A DNA stretch of 64,000 nucleotides from Bacteroidota bacterium (GTDB lineage: Bacteria; Bacteroidota; Bacteroidia; UBA7662; CANHCV01), in NCBI GenBank assembly GCA_947459245.1, contig CANHCV010000005.1:4820-68819 (forward strand). Direction: 5' to 3'. The notes beneath the pieces are model-generated. The model did not search any database. It saw only the letters and a list, made by a program, of their open reading frames with translations, and was not told where the DNA came from. This document shows positions 35,741 to 46,413 of this stretch, piece by piece. The first letter of the stretch is position 1; the number at the start of each line of letters is the position of its first letter. The position numbers and the translations under genes were made by a program.

Positions 35741-36448
35741 TTATTTATTCCCGAAAAACGAATAATACAAGCGCGATGGGCCATTGTCGATGTATCCTCC
35801 AGCATAGAAATAATTGGCTCGGGTAATGATGGAAAATCCATCAAAACCGGTTTGGCTGTGGAATTGATTGGGCATAACCCATTTGGCCCCGTTCCAATAC
35901 GCCATCAAAACGCTATTCTGGGGGCCAATTGAAGCGATATAAATGGTGTCTTTTACCGTTCCTTCGGTGGTGACTGAAAATGAAATCTGACTGCTTGTTG
36001 GTGTTGCTTGGGGTGGCGTAACGTATTGAACCGTATCTTGACCATAGTAATACCCTATAACGGCAGCCCTTGGATCTACCACTCCAGGAAGAGTATTAAA
36101 GGACTTTTCTTTTCCATAGGCCATTCCAAAAACATTTTTGGCATAAGCCCGAACGAAATACTGGGTGTTGGGTTGGAGCTGGGTGAGAACGGAAGAATAA
36201 TCGCCCACGTCGGCTCCATCGATAGTGAACGCATCGGCCGTGGTTGGCGTTCCCGAAGTATTCCAACACACCCCACGGCTTGTAATTCCCGAGCTGCCAA
36301 TGCTGCTCACGTTTCCCCCGCATTTGGCCGATTGCATCGTAATTTCTGTAACTTCTCGCGTATCAACTTTCGGCGGCTTCTCTTTGTTGCAAGCAGAAAG
36401 ATAAACCAGAGAAACTCCTAAGGTGAGAACTGAAATAACGTTTTTCAT
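35741..36448 (-). CDS. Hypothetical lipoprotein upstream of the TonB-dependent receptor
   Basis: Lipobox MKNVISVLTLGVSLVYLSACNK. Confidence 0.45.
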   Translation of the reverse strand: MKNVISVLTLGVSLVYLSACNKEKPPKVDTREVTEITMQSAKCGGNVSSIGSSGITSRGVCWNTSGTPTTADAFTIDGADVGDYSSVLTQLQPNTQYFVRAYAKNVFGMAYGKEKSFNTLPGVVDPRAAVIGYYYGQDTVQYVTPPQATPTSSQISFSVTTEGTVKDTIYIASIGPQNSVLMAYWNGAKWVMPNQFHSQTGFDGFSIITRANYFYAGGYIDNGPSRLYYSFFGNK

Positions 36449-36451
36449 CGA

Positions 36452-37651
36452 TTAATTTTTTAATGATTCAATGATGTCCAATTTTGCTACCACTCGGGAT
36501 GGAACCATCATGCTCAGCCAGCAAAAAAAAGCAATTCCCAAATTGGTGATGGCCCACGATAGCCCATCCAGGGCAACCGGAGCGTACGAAAGGTAATACA
36601 ATTTTTCATCCAATGAAAGCCAATGGAAATAATGCTGACTCAGCAAAATGCTCCCAGCTAAAAGGTTGCCGAAAAGAAGTCCACGCCCCACCAACCGCAA
36701 CGACCACCACCGAAATAAGGCACTGACTGATGCGGCGGGAAGTCCTAACGCTCGCATCAATCCAACTTCTTTCTTTTTCTCGAGGACCAAGAGCACCAGG
36801 GCGCTCATCATGTTCAACCCTGCAACAGCCAACATGATCACCAAAATGATGCTTTGATTGGTGTCGAACAGCGCTAACCATTGAAAAAGTTGAGGGAACA
36901 ATTCGCCCAAAGAAAACGCTTCCAACGTCATGGGTAGGCTGTTGTGAATTTCATCAACCTCCTTTTGAATGTTGGTTCCTTGTTGGAAATGGATTTGATA
37001 TCCACCAACGGTTGAAGAATCCCAGCCGTTCACGGCCTGCACATGATGGAGGGGAACCAAAACCACTGGACGGCCGGTTTCGTGTTCCATCGGATTTTTG
37101 AAAATCCCTACCACGGTAAAAGCCCTGGTTCGGGGCGGTTGTTGAACAAAAATAACCGGGAGCGTTGCCCCGATTTTGAGTCCTAATTTTTTAGCTAGCG
37201 GTTCGGGAATGGCACATTCTTTACTTTCTTTTCGAAACGAAGGGGTGCGGCCTTTCAACAAAACGTTTTTTAGCTTTTCAGCAGGGAATCCTTCGCCAAC
37301 TCCTTGAAGCACAATGCCCTCAAATTCGGTTTCGGTTTGGGTAATGCCCGCTTTGAGGGCAAATGGATAATACGATTGGATGTTTTCGTTGGCTTGAAGC
37401 GCTTTCCGTTGTTCGTTGGGAAGTACCATCGATCCGCTTTCGGTTGATTGGCCGATGCGGGCAGGTAAAATTTGCGCTTCTCCCGAAAAGGTTTCCAGCA
37501 ATTTGGGAACTTCTTGTTGGTAGCCCTGAACAATGGCCATGGTGATTAGAATGACCATGGTGCCCAATCCAACTCCCGTTACGGCTAAAAATCCAGCAAT
37601 TTTAGAGAATTTCGCCCCTACCGATTTGCGCAACAAAGAATGGGCATTCAT
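36452..37651 (-). CDS. FtsX-like ABC transporter permease (LolC/E-type)
   Basis: Topology of N-terminal TM helix, large periplasmic domain and three C-terminal TM helices. The segment LMRALGLPAASVSALFRWWSLRLVGRG is FtsX-family-like. Confidence 0.7.
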   Translation of the reverse strand: MNAHSLLRKSVGAKFSKIAGFLAVTGVGLGTMVILITMAIVQGYQQEVPKLLETFSGEAQILPARIGQSTESGSMVLPNEQRKALQANENIQSYYPFALKAGITQTETEFEGIVLQGVGEGFPAEKLKNVLLKGRTPSFRKESKECAIPEPLAKKLGLKIGATLPVIFVQQPPRTRAFTVVGIFKNPMEHETGRPVVLVPLHHVQAVNGWDSSTVGGYQIHFQQGTNIQKEVDEIHNSLPMTLEAFSLGELFPQLFQWLALFDTNQSIILVIMLAVAGLNMMSALVLLVLEKKKEVGLMRALGLPAASVSALFRWWSLRLVGRGLLFGNLLAGSILLSQHYFHWLSLDEKLYYLSYAPVALDGLSWAITNLGIAFFCWLSMMVPSRVVAKLDIIESLKN

Positions 37652-37655
37652 GGAA

Positions 37656-38510
37656 TTATTCGTAAGAATACCAGCCTTTTCCGGTTTTCTTTCCTAAAAA
37701 TCCGCCTTCCACTTTCATTTCTTGCAAACGACTTGGGCGAAAACGCGATTCCCCATGAAAACTATCGAACATGCTCGACGTTACCGAGAAATTAATATCC
37801 ATTCCAATCAAATCCTGCAACTTGAAAGGTCCCATTTTGAATCCAGAATTTTCCATCAATGCATCGATGGTGGCAAAATCGGTCACGCGTTCTTCCAAGC
37901 ATTTTAAGCTTTCTAGGTAGTAGTGGCGGGCTACTCGATTCACAATAAATCCAGGAGCGTCGGCCGCCATCACCGGAGTTTTCCCCATTTGGGTGCTCAG
38001 TTCGGCAACGGTTTGAGCTACTTCTGCCGAGGTGGCCTCACCGGAAATGACTTCCACCAACTTCATCAAATGCGCTGGGTTGAAAAAGTGCATGCCCACC
38101 ACGCGTTCGGGGTGAGGAATTCCTCGGGCAATTCGGGTAATGGGAATGGAAGAGGTGTTGGATGCAAAAATGGTTGTGGGTGGATTGATTTGAGCAAGGG
38201 ATTGAAAAACGTTTTGTTTGGCTTCCGTTTTTTCAATGATGGCCTCGATCACCACGTCGCACACCAACTGACGTAGATCGTCGGCAGGAGCAATGCGTGC
38301 CAAGGTGGCTTGGGCATTTTCCGACGACAGCTTTCCCAGTTCAACGGCTTTCAAAAGGTTTTTCTGAATTCCGGCCATTCCTTTTTTCAAAACCTCTGGA
38401 TTGAGATCGAACAGCTGAACCTGAAATCCGGCACTTGCAGCAACCTGAGCAATTCCGCTGCCCATGGTGCCGGCACCGATGACCGCAATTTTTTGGATGG
38501 AATGAGCCAT
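37656..38510 (-). CDS. 3-hydroxybutyryl-CoA dehydrogenase (3-hydroxyacyl-CoA dehydrogenase family)
   Basis: NAD-binding motif KIAVIGAGTMGSGIAQV and the conserved segment HFFNPAHLMKLVEVI. Confidence 0.85.
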   Translation of the reverse strand: MAHSIQKIAVIGAGTMGSGIAQVAASAGFQVQLFDLNPEVLKKGMAGIQKNLLKAVELGKLSSENAQATLARIAPADDLRQLVCDVVIEAIIEKTEAKQNVFQSLAQINPPTTIFASNTSSIPITRIARGIPHPERVVGMHFFNPAHLMKLVEVISGEATSAEVAQTVAELSTQMGKTPVMAADAPGFIVNRVARHYYLESLKCLEERVTDFATIDALMENSGFKMGPFKLQDLIGMDINFSVTSSMFDSFHGESRFRPSRLQEMKVEGGFLGKKTGKGWYSYE

Positions 38511-38516
38511 GATCGA

Positions 38517-39539
38517 TTATGCGGTTTCTCCCACGAACTGTTTCAAAAAGCGCAAATCGTTTTCGCTGAACATGCGCAAATCGCCAATTTGGTATTTCAA
38601 CATGGCGATGCGCTCAATGCCTAAACCGAAAGCAAATCCGCAATATTGCTTGGAGTCGATGCCGCAATTCTCCAAAACTTGGGGATCTACCATGCCGCAA
38701 CCTAAAATTTCCAACCATCCGGTTCCTTTGGTGATGCGATGATCCACTTCGGTTTCCAAACCCCAGTAAATGTCCATTTCGGCAGAGGGTTCGGTGAATG
38801 GGAAGAAGCTCGGACGAAAACGAATTTTCACGCCTTCACCGAAAAACTCCTGAACGAATTTGAAAAGGGTTTGCTTCAAATCGGCAAAAGATGCCTTTTC
38901 ATCGATGTACAAACCTTCAATTTGGTGGAAGAAACAGTGGGAACGAGCCGAAATGGCTTCGTTTCGGTAAACCCTTCCAGGGGAAATGGTGCGAATGGGT
39001 AAATTTCCTTCCCGCATCACTTTTACCTGAACGGAAGACGTGTGGGTACGCAGGAGAATATCGGGGTTGGTTTGGATGAAAAACGTGTCTTGCATGTCGC
39101 GTGCAGGGTGATCTGCAGCAAAATTAAGGGCTTCGAAATTGTGGAAATCATCCACCACTTCAGGCCCTTCGGAAATGTTGAATCCCATACGTTCGAAAAT
39201 ATCAGTAATCTGATTTTTGATGATGGTAATGGGATGCAAAGAACCAATGGGGTAAGGCGCAGGTGGAAGGAAAGGATCGTAAGCAACTTGATCGTTTGCT
39301 GTTTCTTCCAAGGCTTGTTGAAATTCTTCCAATTTAGCAGCTGCAGCCACCTTCAATTGGTTCAACGCTTGTCCAACATCCTTTTTTTCTGGGCCAGGAA
39401 CCGATTTAAACGCCTCAAATAAGTCGTTCATCGCTCCTTTTTTTCCTAAAAACTTCAAACGGAATTGTTCAACTTCTTCCGCATTCTTGGCTTTCGCTTG
39501 GGCTACTTCGGCCAACAAAGCATTGATTTTTTGAATCAT
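38517..39539 (-). CDS. pheS: Phenylalanine--tRNA ligase alpha subunit
   Basis: Class II aminoacyl-tRNA synthetase motifs (FRPSFFPFTEPSAEMDI and GWLEILGCGMV). Confidence 0.9.
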   Translation of the reverse strand: MIQKINALLAEVAQAKAKNAEEVEQFRLKFLGKKGAMNDLFEAFKSVPGPEKKDVGQALNQLKVAAAAKLEEFQQALEETANDQVAYDPFLPPAPYPIGSLHPITIIKNQITDIFERMGFNISEGPEVVDDFHNFEALNFAADHPARDMQDTFFIQTNPDILLRTHTSSVQVKVMREGNLPIRTISPGRVYRNEAISARSHCFFHQIEGLYIDEKASFADLKQTLFKFVQEFFGEGVKIRFRPSFFPFTEPSAEMDIYWGLETEVDHRITKGTGWLEILGCGMVDPQVLENCGIDSKQYCGFAFGLGIERIAMLKYQIGDLRMFSENDLRFLKQFVGETA

Positions 39540-39674
39540 GCCTCAAAAATAACAAAATTCCACCAACCTATTTGTTTTGTTCCTTCAATTGTGATTTTTT
39601 CATTGCTTTTCTGCCTGAAAAAACCGACCTTTGAACACCATTTTAGTTTGTTTCAGTAAGAAAGGAATAGAATT

Positions 39675-41051
39675 TTGACACTCATAAAATCCATATCTGG
39701 AATTCGTGGAACGATGGGAGGATTTCCAGGAGAAGGCCTTACCCCCATTGATATTGTAAAGTTTTCGGCGGCCTTCGCTTCCATTTTAACCCGTGGGAAA
39801 GATCATCCAACCTTGGTCATCGGGCGGGATGCCCGCATTTCCGGACCCATGGTTTCGGCTTTGGTGGTGAATACCTTGCGGATGCAAGGCATTCACGTGA
39901 TCGATTTGGGGTTGAGTACCACCCCAACGGTTGAAATGGCCGTTCCTGCATTGAATGCCCATGGCGGAATCATCTTAACGGCCAGCCACAATCCCAAACA
40001 ATGGAATGCGCTGAAGCTTTTGAACGAAAAAGGCGAATTCATTTCCGCTGCTGAAGGACAAGCCGTTTTGGCACTTGGTGAAAGCGGAAATTTTACTTTT
40101 GCCGAGGTTGATCATTTGGGATCTTACCGTGAATTGGATTACATCGATGAGCACATTCAACAAATTTTGGCCTTGCCTTTGGTGAATGTTCAAGCCATCC
40201 GAGCAAAGAATTTCAAAGTAGCCATTGATGCGGTGAACAGTACCGGTGGCATTGCACTCCCTCGCCTTTTGAAGGCTTTGGGAGTGGATCAGGTGTTGGA
40301 ACTTTACACCGAGCCCAATGGGCATTTTCCTCACAATCCTGAACCGCTTCCCGAACACCTAACCGATCTGTCGGATTTGATCGCTCGCGAAAAAGCCGAT
40401 GTTGGATTTGTGGTTGATCCCGATGTGGATCGTTTGGCCATTTTGAACGAAGACGGCAGCATGTTTGGCGAAGAATATACCTTGGTGGCCGTTGCCGATT
40501 ACGTACTGAAACACACCCCAGGTGCAACCGTGAGCAACCTCAGCAGCACCCGTGCCTTGCGGGATGTAACCCAAGCCCATGGCCAACGTTACGAGGCCGC
40601 GGCGGTTGGAGAAGTTAACGTGGTTGAAAAAATGAAAGAGATCGGTGCCATCATCGGTGGAGAAGGCAACGGAGGAATCATTTATCCCGAGTTGCACTAT
40701 GGCCGAGACGCCTTGGTGGGCATCGCCCTGTTTTTGTCGCATTTGGCCGAAACGGGAATGTCGTGCAAAGCTCTTCGGGCCTCGTATCCGGCCAAATTCA
40801 TGTCCAAAAATAAAATCGAACTCACCCCAGGAATTGATGTGGATGGAATATTGGCGAAAATGGCTGCACACCATTCCCACCAAAACATTTCGACCATTGA
40901 TGGGGTGAAAATAGATTTTCCAACGGAATGGGTTCACTTGCGCAAATCGAACACCGAACCCATCATTCGCATTTACTCCGAAAGCGAAACCCCCGAGCGT
41001 GCCGATGCATTGGCACAAGAAATCATTCATCAAATTAAATCCTTCATTTAA
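39675..41051 (+). CDS. glmM: Phosphoglucosamine mutase / phosphohexomutase
   Basis: N-terminal GIRGT and the active-site serine loop TASHNPKQWNALK. Four-domain phosphohexomutase length of 458 aa. Confidence 0.75.
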   Translation: MTLIKSISGIRGTMGGFPGEGLTPIDIVKFSAAFASILTRGKDHPTLVIGRDARISGPMVSALVVNTLRMQGIHVIDLGLSTTPTVEMAVPALNAHGGIILTASHNPKQWNALKLLNEKGEFISAAEGQAVLALGESGNFTFAEVDHLGSYRELDYIDEHIQQILALPLVNVQAIRAKNFKVAIDAVNSTGGIALPRLLKALGVDQVLELYTEPNGHFPHNPEPLPEHLTDLSDLIAREKADVGFVVDPDVDRLAILNEDGSMFGEEYTLVAVADYVLKHTPGATVSNLSSTRALRDVTQAHGQRYEAAAVGEVNVVEKMKEIGAIIGGEGNGGIIYPELHYGRDALVGIALFLSHLAETGMSCKALRASYPAKFMSKNKIELTPGIDVDGILAKMAAHHSHQNISTIDGVKIDFPTEWVHLRKSNTEPIIRIYSESETPERADALAQEIIHQIKSFI

Positions 41052-42181
41052 TGCGTATCTATTTCGATAATGCCGCTACAACGCCCCTCGATCCTCAAGT
41101 TTTTGAGGTGATGGCGCCCATGCTTCGCGATCATTTTGGGAATCCTTCCAGCACCCATGAGCATGGACGAAAAGTGAAGGTGCAGATTGAATTGGCTCGA
41201 AAAAAAGTTGCTCAGTTGCTGAAGTGTACCACCGGTGAAATTGTTTTCACTTCGGGCGGCACCGAGGCCGATAACATGGCCATTCGAAATTCGGTAGAAG
41301 ACCTCGGGATTACCCATTGCATTACCACCAAAATTGAACACCATGCCGTGCTTCATACCCTGGAAGAATTGGCCGAAAAAGGAAGAATTAAACTTTCTTT
41401 CGTAAAAATGAACGGACAGGGTGAGGTGGATTTGAATGATTTAGAAGCGTTGCTTCAAAACAACACTCGCTCGTTTGTGAGTTTGATGCATGCCAACAAT
41501 GAAGTGGGAACCATGATTGATTTGGTGGCCATCGGCAACTTGGTGCACAAGTACGACGGAATTTTTCACTCCGATACAGTTCAAACCATGGGGCACTTCG
41601 AACACGATTTATCAACCCTACCGGTTGATTTTATTACCGCGGCTGCCCACAAATTCAACGGACCCAAAGGAACGGGTTTCTTGTACATCAATAAACGGTT
41701 GAAATTGCACCCGTTCATTACCGGTGGTGGGCAAGAACGCAGCATGCGCGGAGGAACCGAAAACGTGTACGGTATGGTTGGTTTGGCCAAAGCGTTGGAA
41801 TTGGCTTATTCCATTATGCCGGAAAAACGCAAGAAAATTGAAGCGGTGAAACGGCATTTTATTCAACGACTAACTCAGGAAATTCAGGGGATTTCTTTCA
41901 ACGGCACGAGTGGCGATTTAGAAAAAAGCCTGTACACCGTTCTCAACGTGAACTTCCCCAAAGTAGATCGTCCCGACATGTTGTTGTTTCAATTGGATTT
42001 AAATGGAATTAGCTGTTCCGGAGGTTCGGCCTGCAGCAGCGGTGCAACCAAAGGGAGTCACGTTTTGGCCGAAATGGATCGAAACATGGATGCCCCAGCC
42101 GTTCGTTTCTCATTCGGAAAACTCAACACCCTGGAAGAGGTTGACTATACCATTGAGGTTTTGAAGAAAATATTTGAATGA
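41051..42181 (+). CDS. Cysteine desulfurase (class V aminotransferase, NifS/IscS-like)
   Basis: The start overlaps the glmM stop. N-terminal IYFDNAATTPLDPQV, PLP lysine region HKFNGPKGTGFLYI and active-site Cys loop SGGSACSSG. Confidence 0.85.
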   Translation: MRIYFDNAATTPLDPQVFEVMAPMLRDHFGNPSSTHEHGRKVKVQIELARKKVAQLLKCTTGEIVFTSGGTEADNMAIRNSVEDLGITHCITTKIEHHAVLHTLEELAEKGRIKLSFVKMNGQGEVDLNDLEALLQNNTRSFVSLMHANNEVGTMIDLVAIGNLVHKYDGIFHSDTVQTMGHFEHDLSTLPVDFITAAAHKFNGPKGTGFLYINKRLKLHPFITGGGQERSMRGGTENVYGMVGLAKALELAYSIMPEKRKKIEAVKRHFIQRLTQEIQGISFNGTSGDLEKSLYTVLNVNFPKVDRPDMLLFQLDLNGISCSGGSACSSGATKGSHVLAEMDRNMDAPAVRFSFGKLNTLEEVDYTIEVLKKIFE

Positions 42182-42546
42182 TTCGCCCCCCCCGTTCATC
42201 CAAAATGAAGGGTTTGCATCCCGTTCACGATTTTCAAAAGAAAATCAGACGGAGTTTGCTTTTCTCTTTTGGATTAATAGCGTTTTCCGTTGGAATGGGC
42301 ATGATCGGCTACCATGGATTGGGAGAATTGAATTGGGTAGATTCCCTGTTGAATGCCAGCATGATTTTAACCGGCATGGGTCCTGTGGACAAGATGCCGA
42401 ATGACGCCGCTAAGGTGTTTTCCAGCTTCTACGCTTTGTACAGCGGCGTGGCATTTTTATCCATCTTTGCCGTATTTTTTGCCCCCATTTTCCACCGATT
42501 CCTCCACCAACTCAAGGTTGATTTGGACGATTTGGACGAGTCTTAA
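42178..42546 (+). CDS. Small hypothetical membrane protein (2-3 TM helices)
   Basis: Overlaps the upstream stop by 4 nt. The start is uncertain; an alternative is MKGLHP at 42205. Confidence 0.4.
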   Translation: MIRPPRSSKMKGLHPVHDFQKKIRRSLLFSFGLIAFSVGMGMIGYHGLGELNWVDSLLNASMILTGMGPVDKMPNDAAKVFSSFYALYSGVAFLSIFAVFFAPIFHRFLHQLKVDLDDLDES

Positions 42547-45530
42547 TCCAGACCTTCTTTCGGCAATTTGCCCATTTTTTCGCCACCGTCCTCGGTTTTG
42601 AATTGGTACAATTCTTCTTGAATGAGCGTTCGAATATTGAGGGAGGCTAATTTGTTCACTTCCGCAAAGGGATGAACCCGGTTGGAAAGAAAAACAAAAA
42701 CCCACTCGTTTTCAGGATCCACCCAAATGCACGTTCCTGTAAATCCGGTATGTCCGAAGGCCGTGGCCGGGGTGCTCTTGCTGCACGGACTCCCACTGAG
42801 GCCCACGGCGGGTTTATCGAAACACAATCCTCTGCGATTGCTGATAAAATAGGGTTGGGTGAATGAAGAAATCACCCGGTCGGAAAGGATGTTCTCATCC
42901 CCATATGCTCCATCTCTCATCCACAAATAACCAATTTTACTGAGATCGGTGGCGTTGGAGAAAAGCCCTGCATGTCCGGCTACACCACCTTTCATTGCTG
43001 CCGCTTGGTCGTGCACGTAGCCGCGAACAACCTGCTTTCGAAAAGTTTTATCGTCCTCGGTTGGGGCAATCTGATTCAGTGGGAATTTCTTAAGGGGAAG
43101 AAACGTAGCGGTGTTCAATCCTAAAGGTGCCGCAATTTTTTCTTCGAATTGCAGGTTGATGGGTTTTCGGTACCACAATTCCAACAAATACTGACCAAAG
43201 CCAAAGCCCAAGTCGCTGTATTTGTACAATCCTCTTCCTTGGAGTGGCGTTTTCAGAACACTGTCGAAAACCAAGGCCGGTAAATCGTTGTTGCCCCAGA
43301 GATTTTTGGCAATTTCCAATCGGAAATCAGGATGAGGGGTATCGGAAACCAAGGGGCGATCGGGATTTCGGAGGTCCCATTTTTGGTAGAACGGAATGAA
43401 TGCTGGAAGCCCCGCTTGGTGGGTCATCCATTCGGCCATGGAAAGAGATGCTTTGTTGGTGAATTGCCAATTGGGTTCTAGTTTTCCAAGGGTATCCGTG
43501 GGTTTAAACTTCCCATCTTCTCGGGCCATCATCAATAAATTGGTGGTGGATGCCACTTTGGTAACCGAGGCTAAATCGTAAATCGTTTGAGATTGCACCG
43601 GTTGTGTTTTGGAATAATCGAGGTAGCCGTAATTTTTTCGATGCACGATGCGATCGCGGTGAATTACAATGACTTGGCAACCCGGATACGCGTTCTGAGA
43701 AATTCCAATTTGAACAATGGAGTCTATTTTTTGAGAAAGCCACTGGTATTCTTTGGTCCAAGCAATGGGTTTTCCTACGGCAGGAACGGTAAGTGGCGCC
43801 ATGCAAATGCCCGAGCAGTGGGAATAATTTCCGGCGGTTACCGGCAAAGCTCCCTTGAAAGGAACAGCGCCAAAAACAGCCTGAACGGCGGTTAACTGGG
43901 CCATCTGCGTATTTTCATACACCACACTTACCGAACGGTACACCGAGTCGAAATACCGGCAAGCATAGGCGTTGCCAAGAATCATCACTCCGCTTGGAAT
44001 TCGTTGGGCAACGCTATCCATCCATCCTAAAAATGCATCCGGCATGCCGAATTTTTTCTTGGGATAAACGGTGGGAATTTGAAGGAAAAATTGAATCTTT
44101 TTGGGTGTTGCTACCGAATCGAAAAGGTGAATGAGGGTAGAAGTATCGGCTTTCCAATCTACGTGAATGATGGTTGATCTTCCTGAAAGCCGAATGTTTT
44201 CGGTGATAACTTCTTGGTTTTTGTTGTTTCCAACCACAACGCACGTTACTTCTTCCGTTTCGGAGGGAACAAACGGCAAAAACAAAGAATCGTTTTTTAC
44301 CAAGGTGATGGCCTCTTCATAAATGGTCCGCGCAAGTTCCCAATTCTCCTCGGGCTGAAGCCGCTCGGTTAATCGGGTTGTATCGATGGGTGTGAAGGAA
44401 GATAATCCCATCCAGTATTTGGAACGAAGAATTTTTTTAACCTTTCGATCAATTTCTTTTTCATCCAAACGACCGGAAAGCAAGGCTTTTTTAATCTCTT
44501 CGATGGCCAAAGGAACATCTTGTGCGAAAAGTAAAACATCGTTTCCAGCTTCCAAGGCTCGAACTTCCAATTCGCCGGGATCGTAGTATTTGGAAATGCC
44601 CTTCATGTTCAACGCATCGGTAAACGTAAGGCCTCTAAATTTCAGATCATCTTGCAACAATTCCTGAATGGCTTTGGCAGATAAGGTGGTCGGAATTCGA
44701 TCTGAATCGCCCAAGGCGGGAACGTTCAAATGCGCAACCATGGTTGCCCCTATACCTTTTTTTACCGCTTCCCGAAACGGAAACAACTCCAGGGAATCCA
44801 TGCGGGATAAAGAAGCGGAAATGGTGGGTAAATCTTCGTGGGAATCGGTATTGGTATCTCCGTGGCCGGGAAAGTGTTTGGAACAAGCCATTACCCGTTC
44901 TTCCTGCAGACCACGAGCAACCGCTAGCGCTTTTCGGGTTACATTTTCTTTGTCCTCACCAAAAGATCGGAAATTGATGACCGGATTATCGGGATTGTTG
45001 TTGATATCCATCACCGGCGCGAAATTGATGTGCACTCCCAAGAGTTTGCATTGGCGCCCCATGGTTTTTCCCAATTCGTAGGCCCATCGTTCGTCACCGG
45101 TGGCGCCCAACGTCATGCTGCGGGGCAGGTCTTTGATGCCGGTGAGGCGCATGCCCAGACCCCATTCGGCGTCCATGGCAATCATGAGCGGGGTGGGAGC
45201 GATGGATTGGTAATAATTGGTTTGGGTGCCTTGTTTTTCGGGTGTTCCCTGCATGAAAATTAGCCCGCCAATGTTGTAGATTTTAATCAGGGAATCGATG
45301 CGGGCTTCGGTGTTTTCCTTGGAATTGGAGTAGGCGGCAACCATGAACAACTGCCCCAAACGTTGCTCCACCGTTAAAGTTCTAAAAACAGAATCGGCCC
45401 ACGCATTCGGCCCGTTCATCACCCCAATAACATCGGGAGATTTCCGCTTCCAAATTTGGGCAGATGAAAAAAGGGAAAGGAGAAAGAAAGAAAAAAATAG
45501 GAAAAAACGCATCTTCCCACAAAGGTACAA
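42543..45530 (-). CDS. Fusion of a glycoside hydrolase family 3 N-terminal domain (NagZ-like beta-N-acetylhexosaminidase) with a serine hydrolase (beta-lactamase fold) domain
   Basis: GH3 motifs (KHFPGHGDTNTDSH and DRIPTTLSAKAI) are followed by the beta-lactamase SxxK motif (YDLASVTKVASTT). At 995 aa with a signal peptide, this matches an architecture commonly annotated in Bacteroidota. Confidence 0.75.
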   Translation of the reverse strand: MYLCGKMRFFLFFSFFLLSLFSSAQIWKRKSPDVIGVMNGPNAWADSVFRTLTVEQRLGQLFMVAAYSNSKENTEARIDSLIKIYNIGGLIFMQGTPEKQGTQTNYYQSIAPTPLMIAMDAEWGLGMRLTGIKDLPRSMTLGATGDERWAYELGKTMGRQCKLLGVHINFAPVMDINNNPDNPVINFRSFGEDKENVTRKALAVARGLQEERVMACSKHFPGHGDTNTDSHEDLPTISASLSRMDSLELFPFREAVKKGIGATMVAHLNVPALGDSDRIPTTLSAKAIQELLQDDLKFRGLTFTDALNMKGISKYYDPGELEVRALEAGNDVLLFAQDVPLAIEEIKKALLSGRLDEKEIDRKVKKILRSKYWMGLSSFTPIDTTRLTERLQPEENWELARTIYEEAITLVKNDSLFLPFVPSETEEVTCVVVGNNKNQEVITENIRLSGRSTIIHVDWKADTSTLIHLFDSVATPKKIQFFLQIPTVYPKKKFGMPDAFLGWMDSVAQRIPSGVMILGNAYACRYFDSVYRSVSVVYENTQMAQLTAVQAVFGAVPFKGALPVTAGNYSHCSGICMAPLTVPAVGKPIAWTKEYQWLSQKIDSIVQIGISQNAYPGCQVIVIHRDRIVHRKNYGYLDYSKTQPVQSQTIYDLASVTKVASTTNLLMMAREDGKFKPTDTLGKLEPNWQFTNKASLSMAEWMTHQAGLPAFIPFYQKWDLRNPDRPLVSDTPHPDFRLEIAKNLWGNNDLPALVFDSVLKTPLQGRGLYKYSDLGFGFGQYLLELWYRKPINLQFEEKIAAPLGLNTATFLPLKKFPLNQIAPTEDDKTFRKQVVRGYVHDQAAAMKGGVAGHAGLFSNATDLSKIGYLWMRDGAYGDENILSDRVISSFTQPYFISNRRGLCFDKPAVGLSGSPCSKSTPATAFGHTGFTGTCIWVDPENEWVFVFLSNRVHPFAEVNKLASLNIRTLIQEELYQFKTEDGGEKMGKLPKEGLD

Positions 45531-45600
45531 CGACTTGACTTGGAATGAAAACAGGATTTTAGTCTTGAAGTTCTTCCCTTTAACTTTTTACTTTTCCCAA

Positions 45601-46404
45601 TTACAAATTGGCAATGGGTTCAATTTCTTCCTCTTCTTCCGAAATCGATAGCCTTTTCATGCGCTCGGCCTCTTCTTTCCCCAAATACCCATCGATGAGC
45701 CTTTCAGCCAATAAAATCACCGGCGTTAAAACCCAAGCCATGGCAAACTTGTAGGTGTAATTCACCAAGCCGATGGCCAAAACTTTCTGCCAGGGCCAGC
45801 CTGCGCCAATCCCAAATGCGATGTACAAAACAATGAAACTGTCTACCATCTGACTGAAAAGCGTACTTCCCGTTGCTCGAAGCCAAACGTACTTTCCGTT
45901 GGTTAGTTTTTTGATCTTCTGGAAAATAAATGCATCAACAAATTGGCTGAACAAGAAGGCACAAATGCTTCCCACAATGATCCACATGCCCTGCCCAAAA
46001 ATCGATGAAAAGGCATCCTGCATGTTGGGAACTCCTTGATCCACTTTCCCGAAAATCCACCAACTCGGAGCCGGAACGTGAATGCCCAAGTAAAACATCA
46101 GAAACGCGTAGCAAATGAGACCCACCGCGATGTAAGAAATGCGTCGAACGATCTTGAAACCAAAATACTCGTTCACAATGTCGGTCATCACAAATTCCAA
46201 CGGCCACAGCAAAACGCCCACGGTAAGGTTAAAACTCAAGTGGTCCTCTCCAAACAGGGAAAAGTCGGAAACAGACCATCCCAACAAGGCTTCCAAAGAA
46301 AAAATCTTCGTGCCAATGGTTTCAGCGATAAGGGCATTGCTAACGAAAAATGCCGATAAAAACATCAGCAGTTTCGTTTTTTTATCAATTTTCAAATGAG
46401 CCAT
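45601..46404 (-). CDS. Queuosine precursor transporter (YhhQ/VUT family)
   Basis: Polytopic protein. PLEFVMTDIVNEYFG and ATGSTLFSQMVDSFIV are typical of YhhQ. Confidence 0.7.
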   Translation of the reverse strand: MAHLKIDKKTKLLMFLSAFFVSNALIAETIGTKIFSLEALLGWSVSDFSLFGEDHLSFNLTVGVLLWPLEFVMTDIVNEYFGFKIVRRISYIAVGLICYAFLMFYLGIHVPAPSWWIFGKVDQGVPNMQDAFSSIFGQGMWIIVGSICAFLFSQFVDAFIFQKIKKLTNGKYVWLRATGSTLFSQMVDSFIVLYIAFGIGAGWPWQKVLAIGLVNYTYKFAMAWVLTPVILLAERLIDGYLGKEEAERMKRLSISEEEEEIEPIANL

Positions 46405-46413
46405 GAATGGAAT

